Below the pieces are notes generated by a model, which made no database searches, had not been told where the DNA came from, and saw only the letters and a list, made by a program, of their open reading frames with translations. Both the position numbers and the translations under genes were made by a program. Shown here piece by piece: positions 20,401 to 29,728 of a stretch of 46,317 nucleotides of DNA; position 1 is the first letter of the stretch; the number at the start of each line of letters is the position of its first letter. The DNA comes from a virus (Duplodnaviria > Caudoviricetes). The stretch covers positions 1-46,317 of IMG/VR virus record IMGVR_UViG_3300037631_002865; one strand, 5' to 3'.

Positions 20401-23400
20401 TTTACCGTTCCAATTTTTAGTACGGCTACCTCTCCAAATAACTCTTTTGTGGCGTAGCCCAAGTGCTGGATCATAAATTAAATCATCAAAATTTGACTGA
20501 TTGTCAATAATTAACATGTGTTCAATTTCCACACGATACAATCGTATACCATATATCTCTGTACCATTTTTAGCTTCAATAACAGTAACACCGTCATCCT
20601 CACCAATAACGTCACGAGTAATAGTAAGTTTGTTATTTAAAATTTGTAAGCCAGCTTTGCTAATTATATTATACTGTCCGTCAAACTTATTGTTAATATT
20701 ACTAAAGTATCCGTTGTTGTTTTCAAGGATCTCTATTTTTGTTGTGTTTGGTATAGTATAATGTATATCTGTTAGTTCAGCAGTTTGTGACCAAATAACT
20801 GTTTGTGCGGCGGTACTAGCCCAACTATCTTTCCATCCTTTGCTTTGTAGATATTCTCCATAACCAATAATAAAATCGTACAAGGATTGAATATCACCAA
20901 AAATAGTATTGTAATCTAATATACTATCACTATTACTATGGTACTTGTATTTGTTAAGTTGTTGACTACCAGCAATTGTTATTACAAATCCATCATCTTT
21001 TTGTGGTTTGAAGTATGTAAAATATTCTTTAGTTGTATCATAACCAGATACTTTATATCCAGTTGCTACTTTTGTTACTTTAACTGCACCAAGGAATAGT
21101 TCTTCTTTTGGTTGACTTGTATAAAGAACAGTGCTAATATTCTCTTCTGGTATGTTAACACGGCCCTTGTCTTGACTACTTTCTAAGATAATCTCTTGGT
21201 TGTTGTTAACAAACCCACCTGCTTTGATAATAGGATTAGTACTATAATTTTTAAAACGTGTTTCAATAGTGTCAACTTTAGTTGAATTGTGCTCTGCAAA
21301 GTTAACAAGTGCATTGTTTAGTCCATCAATATAACTCTTAACATCTGATGCTAGGATAACTGTAAATTTTGTAGTACCAAGATCAGCAGGTATGATTGAA
21401 GGTGTTGTTTGATAATTGCCACCTGGGTCAACTACTGCTACACTTGTAATACTGCCACTATCAACTGTTGCTTGTAATTTTACACCGCTACCGAAGTTGC
21501 TAAACACATTAAGTTGTGGTGCTGATGAATATCCAGTACCACCGTCAACAACATTTACAAGTTCAACAATATTTTCATCGTATTCTTTGTTTGTTAATTT
21601 AGTTAACTTGTTGTTTCCAAGATCATTTGTATCACTAAACAACACCTGTACAGTATTAACATTATCAAGTTTAGTTCTTGTGTTACTACGGAAGTAATCA
21701 TTTGTTATACGTAGCGGTCTTAGTTTAAGTAATGCATGAAATAATGCTATTTTATAATCACTTGATTCTCTCCAAGTGTTTTCTATAGTTCCCCAATCAC
21801 CATATACAAAATCGTTAGTTGTTGTATATAATGGTGTTCCTCCTACTACATTGGCAGTATCTGGATCGTTAAGTACTCCTGCATTTGTTACAAGTGTGTC
21901 TATATCCCAATTATATGCACTGTATGCATATGTTATATTATACTTTTTAGGACTAATTGTAGGGTCACTATACTGTCCTGTTTTTAACGCTCCAATAAGT
22001 GCGGCACGTTTTGCAGCATCTGTCCAACTGTAAGACGCATCCCACCAAGTTGGTTTTTTATTGTATCCCAACATCTCCCAAGGATGTGTATCTGGACGAT
22101 ATGTATTGAAGTAATATGTGTATAAGCCTCTCCAGCCGCCAATGCCTGGTGCCATACTACTGTAGTTCCAAGTAAACGGGTCACTTGCTGAGTATTCTGT
22201 TGCATCATGTAATACAGTAACGTTATTACGTATTTTCCATTTGTTAAAGCTAGTATGAAGTGCATTGTTTAAATCTTCCCAAGTATTTCTATTTGGAAGA
22301 CTTGCTGACGGCATTATTTCTTTGTAATCAACAATATCAATATCAGTTAAGTTATTGTATATACGAGTTTCAATTTCAAATAATACTGCATCTTGAATGT
22401 TAAAGCCAGCTACATTACGATTGTAAAGTTCATTACCTAAACGTAGTGTTCTTGATCCATCATGCCCCACAATTTCAGTTGAAGTAGCTTCAATTGCAGT
22501 TGGTTTCATTAGCCCTAATTTAACTGCACTTGGTGGAACCCAACTTGGACTAGTAACTGAAAACCATCTGACATTAAGTAAAACTTGACCATTACTGTCA
22601 TATGTAACACTAGTAGTAATAGTTAATTTGTTTTGTGTAACAGTATATTCTTGGTCTTTAATAAGTGGACGCCAGATTGTATTACCGGATCCGTCATCTT
22701 CACGTATAAACACTTGTATATGATTTTTTGTATCATCATATGTGTTAACAGTTTGTGGTAAATCAAAAACAGGTGTGTCACTTGCTGTCCAACTACTGTT
22801 AAGTTCTTCAAACTCTTTAAATTTTAACATTTGACTATTGGCAAATAAATCAACACGTGATTTACCAATATTCATACTCTTTAGTGCTTCGTCTACTAGC
22901 GTAATAACACTAGCAGAACTGTTTAATGTGTTGTGTAATTGCTTACATTTTTGTATAAACTGTCGCTTAAAATTACTATAACTTTTTGTTGCAAAGTTTA
23001 AACTACTAAACAGATTTGTGTCTGTAAACATAGATGTCTGTGTTAAAAGTTCTGTTGAGTATGCTTGTTTTCTAATAGTACCGCCAAACTCATGTACTCT
23101 TGGTAAGTTTCTATAATTGTTAATACCATAAAAATCACCAATTAGACCAGGTATACCAGTTATTTGCTGTTTCATGTGATTTAGTATGTCACCAAAACTA
23201 ACTTGTGATAGAACTTCATTTTGTGGATTTAGTATATGTGTATCAGCAGGTGTATCAGATCCCAGTGTGTTATCCAATGTATGCCATTCAATATCAATTA
23301 AGTCGTCAGTAGCAAGTATACCATTTGAAATAGTTACTTTGTTATTAGCTAATGTAAATGCAGTAAATGGTTCACCATTTTTTGTAATGGTTAGGTTGTC

Positions 23401-25791
23401 TGCAATGCTATTACTGTTTACATAAATGTATCCATATACGTTTACATCACTAACACGACGATATAAGATAACAGCATTAAAAAATGTATCTGGAACCAAT
23501 AGTGTGCGCTCGTTATTAGATGGTGTGCTTAACGATATATTTTGTGCAACTGTAAATGCTGTTCCGTCTGGATTTAAAAACTCTAGATCGTATATATCAA
23601 AATTTGTAACAATATTATATGTCTTGTTTCTATCAATAAACAATCTTGGATTAAGTCCATTAACACGTATAGAATCAGAACGTGTATGTGTTTTGTTATA
23701 CTGATGCACTTGCAACTTGTTTTTGCGCTCTGACCATTTAAAGGTATCGTATGACTCAATGTCTGTAGTGCCAATATCAATAACAAGTGGTTTACTTACA
23801 TTAGTTGCTACGTGTTGTATATGTTGCTTAACTGGTTGTTGGTCTCTAACTTCGCTCCAGCCATTGTAATACTCATCATCTTTTTTGTAGTAGTAAAATC
23901 CTGTTATTTCGTTAGTGTTACTTGCATCGTTATTTGTAGGGCTATCAACTGAGTTAAACTCAACATAGTTATAACGTTTACTTCCAAGATCTATATCAAA
24001 ACCTAGTCCTGGTGTGTTGCCGTAATCTACATAACGTGGGCTAAATCCTAGTGCAATATCTTGTTTTGTATTACTAGTACCGTAGTTAAAAATATTATCG
24101 CCTGCAAACGTACTATTTGGATATTTTGTACTATTGTCCAAAGGTGTTAGTGTTGTATCATATAAGTTAAACTTGATACCTTGACTGCGATATGATTTTT
24201 GTTGTGCATAAATCCACTCGTTACCGTCCCAGTACCATTCACTGCCACTGTAAATGTTGTTTGGATATGTTTCGCCTAATACGTTGTTGTAACCTATACG
24301 TACATTAATACCTGCTTTAACCGGTACAGTGGTTGCACTTGGTCCATAAATTTGTGTTAGCCCGGTAACTGTGCCGCCGCTGTTTACTTGTACACTATAA
24401 ATGTTGTTGTTAAATCCAACTGATGAATTTAAAAACAGTATAGTATCGCCATCCGCCAAGTTACGTGCTTCAACTTTGCTCCAATATTGTGCATTTTCAA
24501 CATAGCTTGGGTTTTTAGATGTAGTGTGTGTTTTAATACAGTTCCAAAAACTATCTACACCATTACTTGTGAGCTTTACACTTGATCCATATTCAAAGCC
24601 CTGGCTAGTCCAAGATGCTGTAATAGTTTGTACTGCTAAGTTCCAGTTTGTTTGTCCTATAATCTCACCAAAAGGATCAGCAACATTATCAACAATGTGT
24701 GTTACACTACCTAAACTACTAGTTGCAAAGTTATACTTTTCAATACCAGCTTTGAATTCAATAATAGGACGAACACCACGGAAATTGTCTTGTAAGTATG
24801 TCGATGCTGTAACACCAGGATGTTGATAGTCAGTGTAGTCTGCAATAATTTTAACTACATCTTCATGTATCCAGAGATTACGTCTACTCCAAACACTTTG
24901 ATCTGGACTGTTTCTTTCCTCTACTACATAATCTCTACTTAATACATCATAAGATGTGAAGTCATATGTTGGGTAAGTAAAATCATAATCATCAGTATCC
25001 CATTGGCTAGGCTCTTGTGCACCATATACTGTGTCGTTAAACCAAACACGTTTTCCAAAACCATATGTTCCAGGACCTTCAAACTGCTTTGTTAGTGAGA
25101 TACCAGTGCCAACACCGTCTACAATATAAGTGTGGTCTTTGTTATACTCTGAACTACCACTTGCATCTGCACCAGTAAATCGTACACGCATTCCGTTTTG
25201 GAATGCCAACTGTTTTCCATTTGACAGTGTAGGTGTTTTATAATATGGTAAGCCAATGATATCAGGAATATGAATAGGATCAGCTGCGGTTACTGGAATT
25301 GTACATACTGGTAAAAAGTCTACTAACCAAAAGTAGTGATGATGGTTGATAAACATGTCATAGTTAATTGGCAAATCAAGTGTGTAGCCTGGTTCGTTTA
25401 ATATGCGGTTTACATTTGTAGTATCTACTTCATTAAACTTTAACATATCAATCAAGTCATCATATGAAATTGCTTCTATAATATTATCTTGATTGTCACG
25501 AACAACTCCCCCTGGTACAACCTGATGTTGGTCTGCACTACGGCCGTCTGTTAAAAATCTGTCACTAGTAACATCTTTATTTTTGCGATCACCTACATAG
25601 TAATTAACCGCTTCCATACTACCACTTGACATTAACTGTTCAAGTGTGCTGTTTAAAAACTTTTTGTTAACGCTTGTTTGAAAGATTGCTGGTAATAAAT
25701 CTACAGTATTACGTGTTCCGACATATTCAGAACTTTCACCTGGTCTAGTAGATTTTTTAGCTACTATCGGTTTAGCATGAAACTTACTCAT
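14410..25791 (-). CDS. Giant baseplate wedge/structural protein (in the gp7-like position)
   Basis: 3793-aa ORF directly after gp6; C-terminal IKPFHTK motif, GGTGYSSAP module, three CBM5/12-like Trp motifs and IN-type repeats. Confidence 0.75.
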   Translation of the reverse strand: MSKFHAKPIVAKKSTRPGESSEYVGTRNTVDLLPAIFQTSVNKKFLNSTLEQLMSSGSMEAVNYYVGDRKNKDVTSDRFLTDGRSADQHQVVPGGVVRDNQDNIIEAISYDDLIDMLKFNEVDTTNVNRILNEPGYTLDLPINYDMFINHHHYFWLVDFLPVCTIPVTAADPIHIPDIIGLPYYKTPTLSNGKQLAFQNGMRVRFTGADASGSSEYNKDHTYIVDGVGTGISLTKQFEGPGTYGFGKRVWFNDTVYGAQEPSQWDTDDYDFTYPTYDFTSYDVLSRDYVVEERNSPDQSVWSRRNLWIHEDVVKIIADYTDYQHPGVTASTYLQDNFRGVRPIIEFKAGIEKYNFATSSLGSVTHIVDNVADPFGEIIGQTNWNLAVQTITASWTSQGFEYGSSVKLTSNGVDSFWNCIKTHTTSKNPSYVENAQYWSKVEARNLADGDTILFLNSSVGFNNNIYSVQVNSGGTVTGLTQIYGPSATTVPVKAGINVRIGYNNVLGETYPNNIYSGSEWYWDGNEWIYAQQKSYRSQGIKFNLYDTTLTPLDNSTKYPNSTFAGDNIFNYGTSNTKQDIALGFSPRYVDYGNTPGLGFDIDLGSKRYNYVEFNSVDSPTNNDASNTNEITGFYYYKKDDEYYNGWSEVRDQQPVKQHIQHVATNVSKPLVIDIGTTDIESYDTFKWSERKNKLQVHQYNKTHTRSDSIRVNGLNPRLFIDRNKTYNIVTNFDIYDLEFLNPDGTAFTVAQNISLSTPSNNERTLLVPDTFFNAVILYRRVSDVNVYGYIYVNSNSIADNLTITKNGEPFTAFTLANNKVTISNGILATDDLIDIEWHTLDNTLGSDTPADTHILNPQNEVLSQVSFGDILNHMKQQITGIPGLIGDFYGINNYRNLPRVHEFGGTIRKQAYSTELLTQTSMFTDTNLFSSLNFATKSYSNFKRQFIQKCKQLHNTLNSSASVITLVDEALKSMNIGKSRVDLFANSQMLKFKEFEELNSSWTASDTPVFDLPQTVNTYDDTKNHIQVFIREDDGSGNTIWRPLIKDQEYTVTQNKLTITTSVTYDSNGQVLLNVRWFSVTSPSWVPPSAVKLGLMKPTAIEATSTEIVGHDGSRTLRLGNELYNRNVAGFNIQDAVLFEIETRIYNNLTDIDIVDYKEIMPSASLPNRNTWEDLNNALHTSFNKWKIRNNVTVLHDATEYSASDPFTWNYSSMAPGIGGWRGLYTYYFNTYRPDTHPWEMLGYNKKPTWWDASYSWTDAAKRAALIGALKTGQYSDPTISPKKYNITYAYSAYNWDIDTLVTNAGVLNDPDTANVVGGTPLYTTTNDFVYGDWGTIENTWRESSDYKIALFHALLKLRPLRITNDYFRSNTRTKLDNVNTVQVLFSDTNDLGNNKLTKLTNKEYDENIVELVNVVDGGTGYSSAPQLNVFSNFGSGVKLQATVDSGSITSVAVVDPGGNYQTTPSIIPADLGTTKFTVILASDVKSYIDGLNNALVNFAEHNSTKVDTIETRFKNYSTNPIIKAGGFVNNNQEIILESSQDKGRVNIPEENISTVLYTSQPKEELFLGAVKVTKVATGYKVSGYDTTKEYFTYFKPQKDDGFVITIAGSQQLNKYKYHSNSDSILDYNTIFGDIQSLYDFIIGYGEYLQSKGWKDSWASTAAQTVIWSQTAELTDIHYTIPNTTKIEILENNNGYFSNINNKFDGQYNIISKAGLQILNNKLTITRDVIGEDDGVTVIEAKNGTEIYGIRLYRVEIEHMLIIDNQSNFDDLIYDPALGLRHKRVIWRGSRTKNWNGKLFAPGYIVNSSSVVPNFDTVANEIDQYYGAGNTLSNQQQVDAARFNTGYNKPIWNEVVGLDDDTLFNFVKGSRKYRGTRHALNAFMRNTGLFGTLSTATVHEEWAIRTADYGDTRSRNTLEFELTTDLLKTNPQPVRFSSTELNDVLSDIVIDVDFNSPLLVNGIPGNNFTTRPPKTFNYTTIEQENIYANDFVTAGLPLLTETDYRVLNKEDFAKFPQEVKPAYKFDGNWKTIKQWDNKTAYKYKDRVIYAGRVWEMLDPDGTSGLTKPNDPIEITATVTLPSIRANEETKIITIDGIDVELEQTTDTTTFGIINVTGSNNIGDSNVVPDNSTLILGSSSTNARTVTFDSTVTTTTYNDVSIVGNTSNPSITGSSTKELIIESQSILFNELESTTTNISALSVWEDALTIAGAGGSIPSLASARITATSNLRTEFLLVDSEANWNTWWTSYTSSAAGFNLTFALSEYGAGHAYSSAVGNLITSDVNIINAVRGTSYVPADVLAGTEVVTTPDITATQSAVGGGTYIAAWNTYVKGTFSPSVISNSTIIDTISTSGFKIYNVAEIINKINDQSIPNVLATATAQNRIAITKTTNTPSNPFTLTISVASANADVGFSTIGSQTETSSGSINLSSPNLTITQVVNQINNANISGVTAQAGGVNLNVLQINSNNETLYIGSGTANSIIGLGSGVTNAPITTTTVSSSVDLNSIINIINDAAISGIGASNSNNRLKLTSTNSTLVIGGGTANSIVGLTAGTISATQTQTSNVFNAFVGSDGNQVFQQMENDPHVFSIWVADNVGDDDSSTSGYGVYQTMDFGMHIQKACAGNNDADDALINIKVEDHFVNTHNFTAGDYVLIAGSNTVPNIDGIHLVTDVSSANTASFFIDEYIQEEGNAGNVYPIRNVRFPDFNTLNSQTNATVNGLFKYNFQRVRQDNLQSPIYAFVDDDGTGAPGVYTWNGSFTNSTGHTGGNWVKVRTSTAQARNDLVESVKLYDAYTRSTIAQLEVFDPAKGIIPGFIDEEIDFTLTADIAVYNYNSIDGFTENTKSWTSNEVGVRWWDINTAIYVDYEQSSIDYKQAYWARLFDGASIDVYEWTRSSVPPEEWQELVLRKGVVDGSPATGVPLSSIIDNEVVYNWTEEIFYNSKTKRTEKSYYFWVKDKQNNTGSNRNYNTYQLARLLENPSAFDISWAAAAGNNELLMTNIDSFITNNTVVQVNQRVDSNALPLSEWTLLSENDPASIIPEQLHIKMRDSLTGYNRHTVRYTYTDWNNSAVYPLNAVVKEGNLFYICLVEGNTGNQPSLDTGMELWARIYDYSLPEGTPESDIDVLRPHALPDLNLHEYARYGHLIRPRQSLFRNILIARQNFVETANNLLADIPLAGSPIDNWETVMNKTYVEGEVTYDVSPYWGYTDYVRRTYDNNDSLTYEYNTAIEPKYVANDRTELMGELGVPFIYKNGDTLKINTVIHNDGVNRPEIYSRINNEWVLEYKVKGAIRLSEELWNNEKFGLGFDLGGFDTDGFDNAVDGILSNIFDGLRNRIFVGKHKVKYNKLWFKCLYQSIADNAADDFAFKTTFVKLNVDHPLLTAKKRYGNYSVNVIEDFFNTIKPFHTKLHSTADRNTFAESWTTEIDDNDRKTDITMKYEDHRSTRIWAGDTVLEGGTFTTAPDNVDAITFTTVDGDIEYIYDANIFQQSTEEGWGAEFLPMDVHENISILVQTDKVRTAAYTTGTTSNALVRRFVDLETMMGGVPDNASLTKCEFRGDFATNAEYIDISFDDGSTFRVGEFGGADSPNYATSTVLTSKDLTPLLVVDGGKTGVFVEYDASTAVNFSPNGMSNYWDVRLSFASNWGVGSDTRSFRMNIWETYRLYESSVIVDATKTFLAQGCTATDTTISLNQIFANMPAGGGVVWIGTERIEYGAYEGGNLRYCTRGTRGTSAQAHAINAVVNYEPRVPILDNFGHYGDNLRLAYNDSGVSLADAGTSTEHAFIRNAGSGSI

Positions 25792-28700
25792 TTAATGTTA
25801 ACTCCACTGTTTGCTGCAATTGATGTAGGATTATATGCTGTACTCTTGTTTACAGTTATATCGCCTATTGTTATTACTGGTAGGAACAGTTCATCACTGT
25901 CACTAATTATCTCAAATAATGCATTAGTACTTGCTTGGTTATCAACACTCTCAATACCAACTTGTGCAACTTGTCCAACTGTGTTGTTGTGTATATATGC
26001 TGCTAATTCAGTAAAGTAAAAAGTTTCTCCAAAGTCCCAATTATCAACATTAAAATATTGATCGATCAAACGTATTATTTCTTGTTTAATTTCAGTATCA
26101 CTTAGTGTACAGTTGGTAGTTTTGGTTATGTTAAATTTAGCTTGTAGTTCACTACTTGCCAAGTTTCCAAATAATATTTTATATTTGACTGGTCTGTATA
26201 TAACTTGATCACTGATTGATTTTTTGTTGTCTAAACGCTTAAACAAGTCGTTTAAACTACTGATAGTAGGCGTTTGTGGTTTAGTATAACCACGTCCGTC
26301 ATATTTTGCCCACGATCTAAATAAGTTCTCATAGCTTGTTAATAGTACGTATGTATCAATAATATTAGTTGTAGCTGGGTCAATAACTTGGTTTACATCA
26401 GCAATACGACTGTATTTGCTTGACAAGTTGCCTCGGCCTGGTACAGTATTACTGCCACTGTCGTCACGTACTTCATATGTAAATCCGTCAACAGTTTTTG
26501 TACCTAAGTTAATATTTTCGTCTCCAACAATGTCATGGAAGGCGCTTGGATTAATTGGGTATCCATCATTAGTAGGACTCGACAGTGTCAACCTAATTTT
26601 ATTAGGATCTGTGTAGCCGTCTGGATATGTAAAGTATCCAAATGCATTCATTGTATAATCTGTGCCAAGTGGCAAACTATTGGATGTACTTTTTGTGTTA
26701 ATGCCCAATACTTTAATATTGTCTTGACTTGGTTTAAGTGTTTCGCTACTAAATGTTTCAGCAAAATTTAAGTTTGCAAAAGTAATTTGTTCATCACTAC
26801 CAAATACATAACGTGTTTTACGTGTTACAATTTCCCATTGTGATGCAGTGTAGTTAAGTCTTATAATCCAACTGTTATCAAGTCCAGTACCATTAGTGTC
26901 GCCTTCGTATGTTCGATTCCAACTACTTGGATCATTGTTAGTTAAACTACTAGTAACTAAGTCACTACCATCAACTATTGCCCATTCCTGTGTTGTTGCA
27001 TCGTAACGTAATCCAAAACTGTTATTGTTTGTTAATAATGTTAGGACATTTGTTTTTACTGCGCTTGTTAAATCGTTACTCCAACTTGGAATAATACGTT
27101 TAATACGTGCACCACTAGGAATAACACCACTAAGTGTAATACTGCCTCTTCCCAACATATCAATACCAGTTGGTGTACCAGTGTTATTATCAATACCCAG
27201 TCCATCATTGTAAATGCCAGTTACTCTTACCCATTGTGTGTTTGCACTTTTAACTACGGCTGTTGCTGTTGCTTGTACACTTGCTCCACCGCCGCTAAGT
27301 GTAATACTAGTTGCACTATCGTAACCTAATCCTGCATTAGTAATGGTTATACTAATTACACTGCCGCTTCCGTCAATATTTGCAGTACCAGTTGCGCCTG
27401 TTCCTGCACCAGTAATAGTAACTGTTGGTGCACTAGTATAACCTGTGCTACCATCTACAATTTTAATACTGTTGATATATCCAATTTTATAAGGTGGAGT
27501 AACAAACTCAATAATTGAGTTTATATCAATTTTGTCCATTGGTGCAATACCATTTGACTTAACTCGTTGTATAGTACTTGTATCATCAGTAAGATAGCCA
27601 GTGCTTGTATCAGCACCTTTGGTAACTTGGTTCCAACGAAATGCATCTGTTGCACTACCATTAGCATTGTAGTAAACAATGTTAGCAGTTGTATTAGTAT
27701 ATTGTGTTGCTGGTGCATAGGCTCCGTCTGGACCATAATACTGTCTATCATAAAAGAAGTTTTTAACTTCTGGGTTGTCTAATAGTGGCTTAATGTACCT
27801 GCTGTAAGTTTGCTCACTGTTTAAATTTGTAGGCAAACTAACTACATTACGTGCCGCAATGTCTTGTCTATATAGATAACCATCATCCAAGAACTGCATA
27901 GCATCGCTATAACTTCCAGTTGGATCATTGAAATCTCTAAATCTACTGTGTCCACTATGTACACGGTTCACGCTTTTAATTTTGCGGATATTTTCACTAA
28001 CAGTTAATGGGAAGATACTGTAATCTTCTGCTGTTACTAGTCTATCCTGTGTACTAAAGAACCGGCCTGCGTTGTCTTTAATACTTTGTAAACTTTCACG
28101 TTCACTTGCATTGCTTACTCTAGATTTTAAACTTGCAGTAAACACAGCACGATACGTATTTCCATCATTGCCTGTGTAATTAAAGTTGTATGTTGTTTGT
28201 CCAAAACTTTCAGGGTTTAGTGTGTAACTACGGTTAAGACCTGTACGATACCAAACTCTAATAATACCACGTGGAATATTACCATATAGCCCGTCACCAA
28301 ACACAATACTAATTTTATCATCTTCTCTGCTACTTACAGTATAGATGTTTCTAAAGTTATTGTTGAGATTATTATATATTGAGTTAAGTCCAAAAATACG
28401 ATCAACTTGGCTCCAATTAGTTATTACTTGTCCAAGTTCGTCCACGTTTTGTACCCAAATGTTTCCGTTTGCAACATTTATATCGTCAATATCAAGTACA
28501 AGGTTAGGAAGTCCATCAGTGATTTCAAAGTCCCTAAATTGTAGTGTACCCTGTTTGAATCCTAAAAAGAATCCAGTGTCTGGTGAGCTAAATCCACCAT
28601 TGTCATTACGGTATAGAATATCAAGGGCGCCGTAGGGATCAGGAGTTTTTTCTTGTATACGGTTTGCATTGCTGTCATAATATAAACTGTGCGCACCAAA

Positions 28701-29330
28701 TGTACTACGTGCACCTGTAATAGTTGCACTAAATTCTGATGAAGGACTTTGTCCTGTACTAGTAGTACGATAAATTTCATTAGTGATACCGTCACGTAAA
28801 CTTTTACTAAATGGTGTACCAAATTGGTTACTACCTATAAACACTGCATTCATTACTGTAATAAAGTTTTGGTATGCCGCTGGATCTGTTACATCTTCAA
28901 ACTGCAAGTCAACATTTGCAAGACTGTTTCCGTCTACATCATATACTGTTTCACTTGTTTTGATGGTATCAATTTTTAAGTAGCCGCTTGCTACAACATT
29001 ACGTGTTGGATTATAACCCAAGAACTCAGCAATACGGAGGGCGCTATCTCTACGTTCTGCTGTGCTTAAATAATTTTCACGTGAGTTAAGGTCGTTACGG
29101 AACGCTAAGTTGTGTCCCAAAAATGCCATAAGTTCTAATAAACTAGTAAACTCACTTGAACTAATCCAGTCGTTAAAGTTTTCTGGATAGTTAGTATCAA
29201 TGTACTCCACCATTGCATTTTTGATTGTGTCAAAGTCATATGCTTGAAAGTTTGCTTGTGCAAAGCTCTCATAAATCACACTAAAATCTTCAGCTGCAAA
29301 TAAACTGCTTTGTCTTGCGCCCTGTGCCAT
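25788..29330 (-). CDS. gp6: Baseplate wedge subunit, T4 gp6-like
   Basis: DFDTIKNAMVEY...FNDW..SSEF..LLEL.A; ENYLSTAERRDS..RIA..LGYNP; IVFGDG..G.IP; ESLQSIK..A..FFSTQDRLVTAEDY. Confidence 0.88.
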   Translation of the reverse strand: MAQGARQSSLFAAEDFSVIYESFAQANFQAYDFDTIKNAMVEYIDTNYPENFNDWISSSEFTSLLELMAFLGHNLAFRNDLNSRENYLSTAERRDSALRIAEFLGYNPTRNVVASGYLKIDTIKTSETVYDVDGNSLANVDLQFEDVTDPAAYQNFITVMNAVFIGSNQFGTPFSKSLRDGITNEIYRTTSTGQSPSSEFSATITGARSTFGAHSLYYDSNANRIQEKTPDPYGALDILYRNDNGGFSSPDTGFFLGFKQGTLQFRDFEITDGLPNLVLDIDDINVANGNIWVQNVDELGQVITNWSQVDRIFGLNSIYNNLNNNFRNIYTVSSREDDKISIVFGDGLYGNIPRGIIRVWYRTGLNRSYTLNPESFGQTTYNFNYTGNDGNTYRAVFTASLKSRVSNASERESLQSIKDNAGRFFSTQDRLVTAEDYSIFPLTVSENIRKIKSVNRVHSGHSRFRDFNDPTGSYSDAMQFLDDGYLYRQDIAARNVVSLPTNLNSEQTYSRYIKPLLDNPEVKNFFYDRQYYGPDGAYAPATQYTNTTANIVYYNANGSATDAFRWNQVTKGADTSTGYLTDDTSTIQRVKSNGIAPMDKIDINSIIEFVTPPYKIGYINSIKIVDGSTGYTSAPTVTITGAGTGATGTANIDGSGSVISITITNAGLGYDSATSITLSGGGASVQATATAVVKSANTQWVRVTGIYNDGLGIDNNTGTPTGIDMLGRGSITLSGVIPSGARIKRIIPSWSNDLTSAVKTNVLTLLTNNNSFGLRYDATTQEWAIVDGSDLVTSSLTNNDPSSWNRTYEGDTNGTGLDNSWIIRLNYTASQWEIVTRKTRYVFGSDEQITFANLNFAETFSSETLKPSQDNIKVLGINTKSTSNSLPLGTDYTMNAFGYFTYPDGYTDPNKIRLTLSSPTNDGYPINPSAFHDIVGDENINLGTKTVDGFTYEVRDDSGSNTVPGRGNLSSKYSRIADVNQVIDPATTNIIDTYVLLTSYENLFRSWAKYDGRGYTKPQTPTISSLNDLFKRLDNKKSISDQVIYRPVKYKILFGNLASSELQAKFNITKTTNCTLSDTEIKQEIIRLIDQYFNVDNWDFGETFYFTELAAYIHNNTVGQVAQVGIESVDNQASTNALFEIISDSDELFLPVITIGDITVNKSTAYNPTSIAANSGVNIK

Positions 29331-29695
29331 TATTCTGTCTCACTTGTGTATGTTAGATATAATTCTTCAGCTAGTCCTGTATCATCGTAAACAACACGTA
29401 CTCGTATGTCTAACTGATGATCAGTCGGTTTGCTTAAATTTACTTCACTAAAGATCCATCTCGGATCACTGTCAACGATGTTTTGTACATCTTCTTCTGC
29501 TAGACGTTCAGTAGCAGCGTCTAACGGATCAAAAACTAAATCATGTAGTATAGATCCAAAGTTTGGATTCATTACCCGTTCACCTTTACGAGTGTAAAAG
29601 TGATTCATCAAGTCACGAAGTGCCAAGTCCTTGTCAGTAAGAACTGAGTTTATATCTGTACTATCTATTGTGCTATATCCAATGTATGTAACCAT
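29330..29695 (-). CDS. gp25: Baseplate wedge subunit gp25-like
   Basis: TRKGERVMNPNFGSILHDLVFDP...DPR is the gp25/GPW signature; adjacent to gp6. Confidence 0.92.
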   Translation of the reverse strand: MVTYIGYSTIDSTDINSVLTDKDLALRDLMNHFYTRKGERVMNPNFGSILHDLVFDPLDAATERLAEEDVQNIVDSDPRWIFSEVNLSKPTDHQLDIRVRVVYDDTGLAEELYLTYTSETE

Positions 29696-29700
29696 ACTGA

Positions 29701-29708
29701 TATTTATA
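29701..29708 (-). promoter_or_regulatory. T4-type late promoter TATAAATA (probably leaderless gp25 mRNA)
   Basis: Exact box in the intergenic gap, 5 nt before ATG 29695. Confidence 0.75.
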
Positions 29709-29728
29709 GCAAAATTAAATACTATGTT

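Noticed and set aside
14410-25791. Intein or intron explaining the size of the giant ORF
   Set aside because: No intein splice-junction or LAGLIDADG motifs were noticed and the frame is uninterrupted; the length is explained by structural modules.
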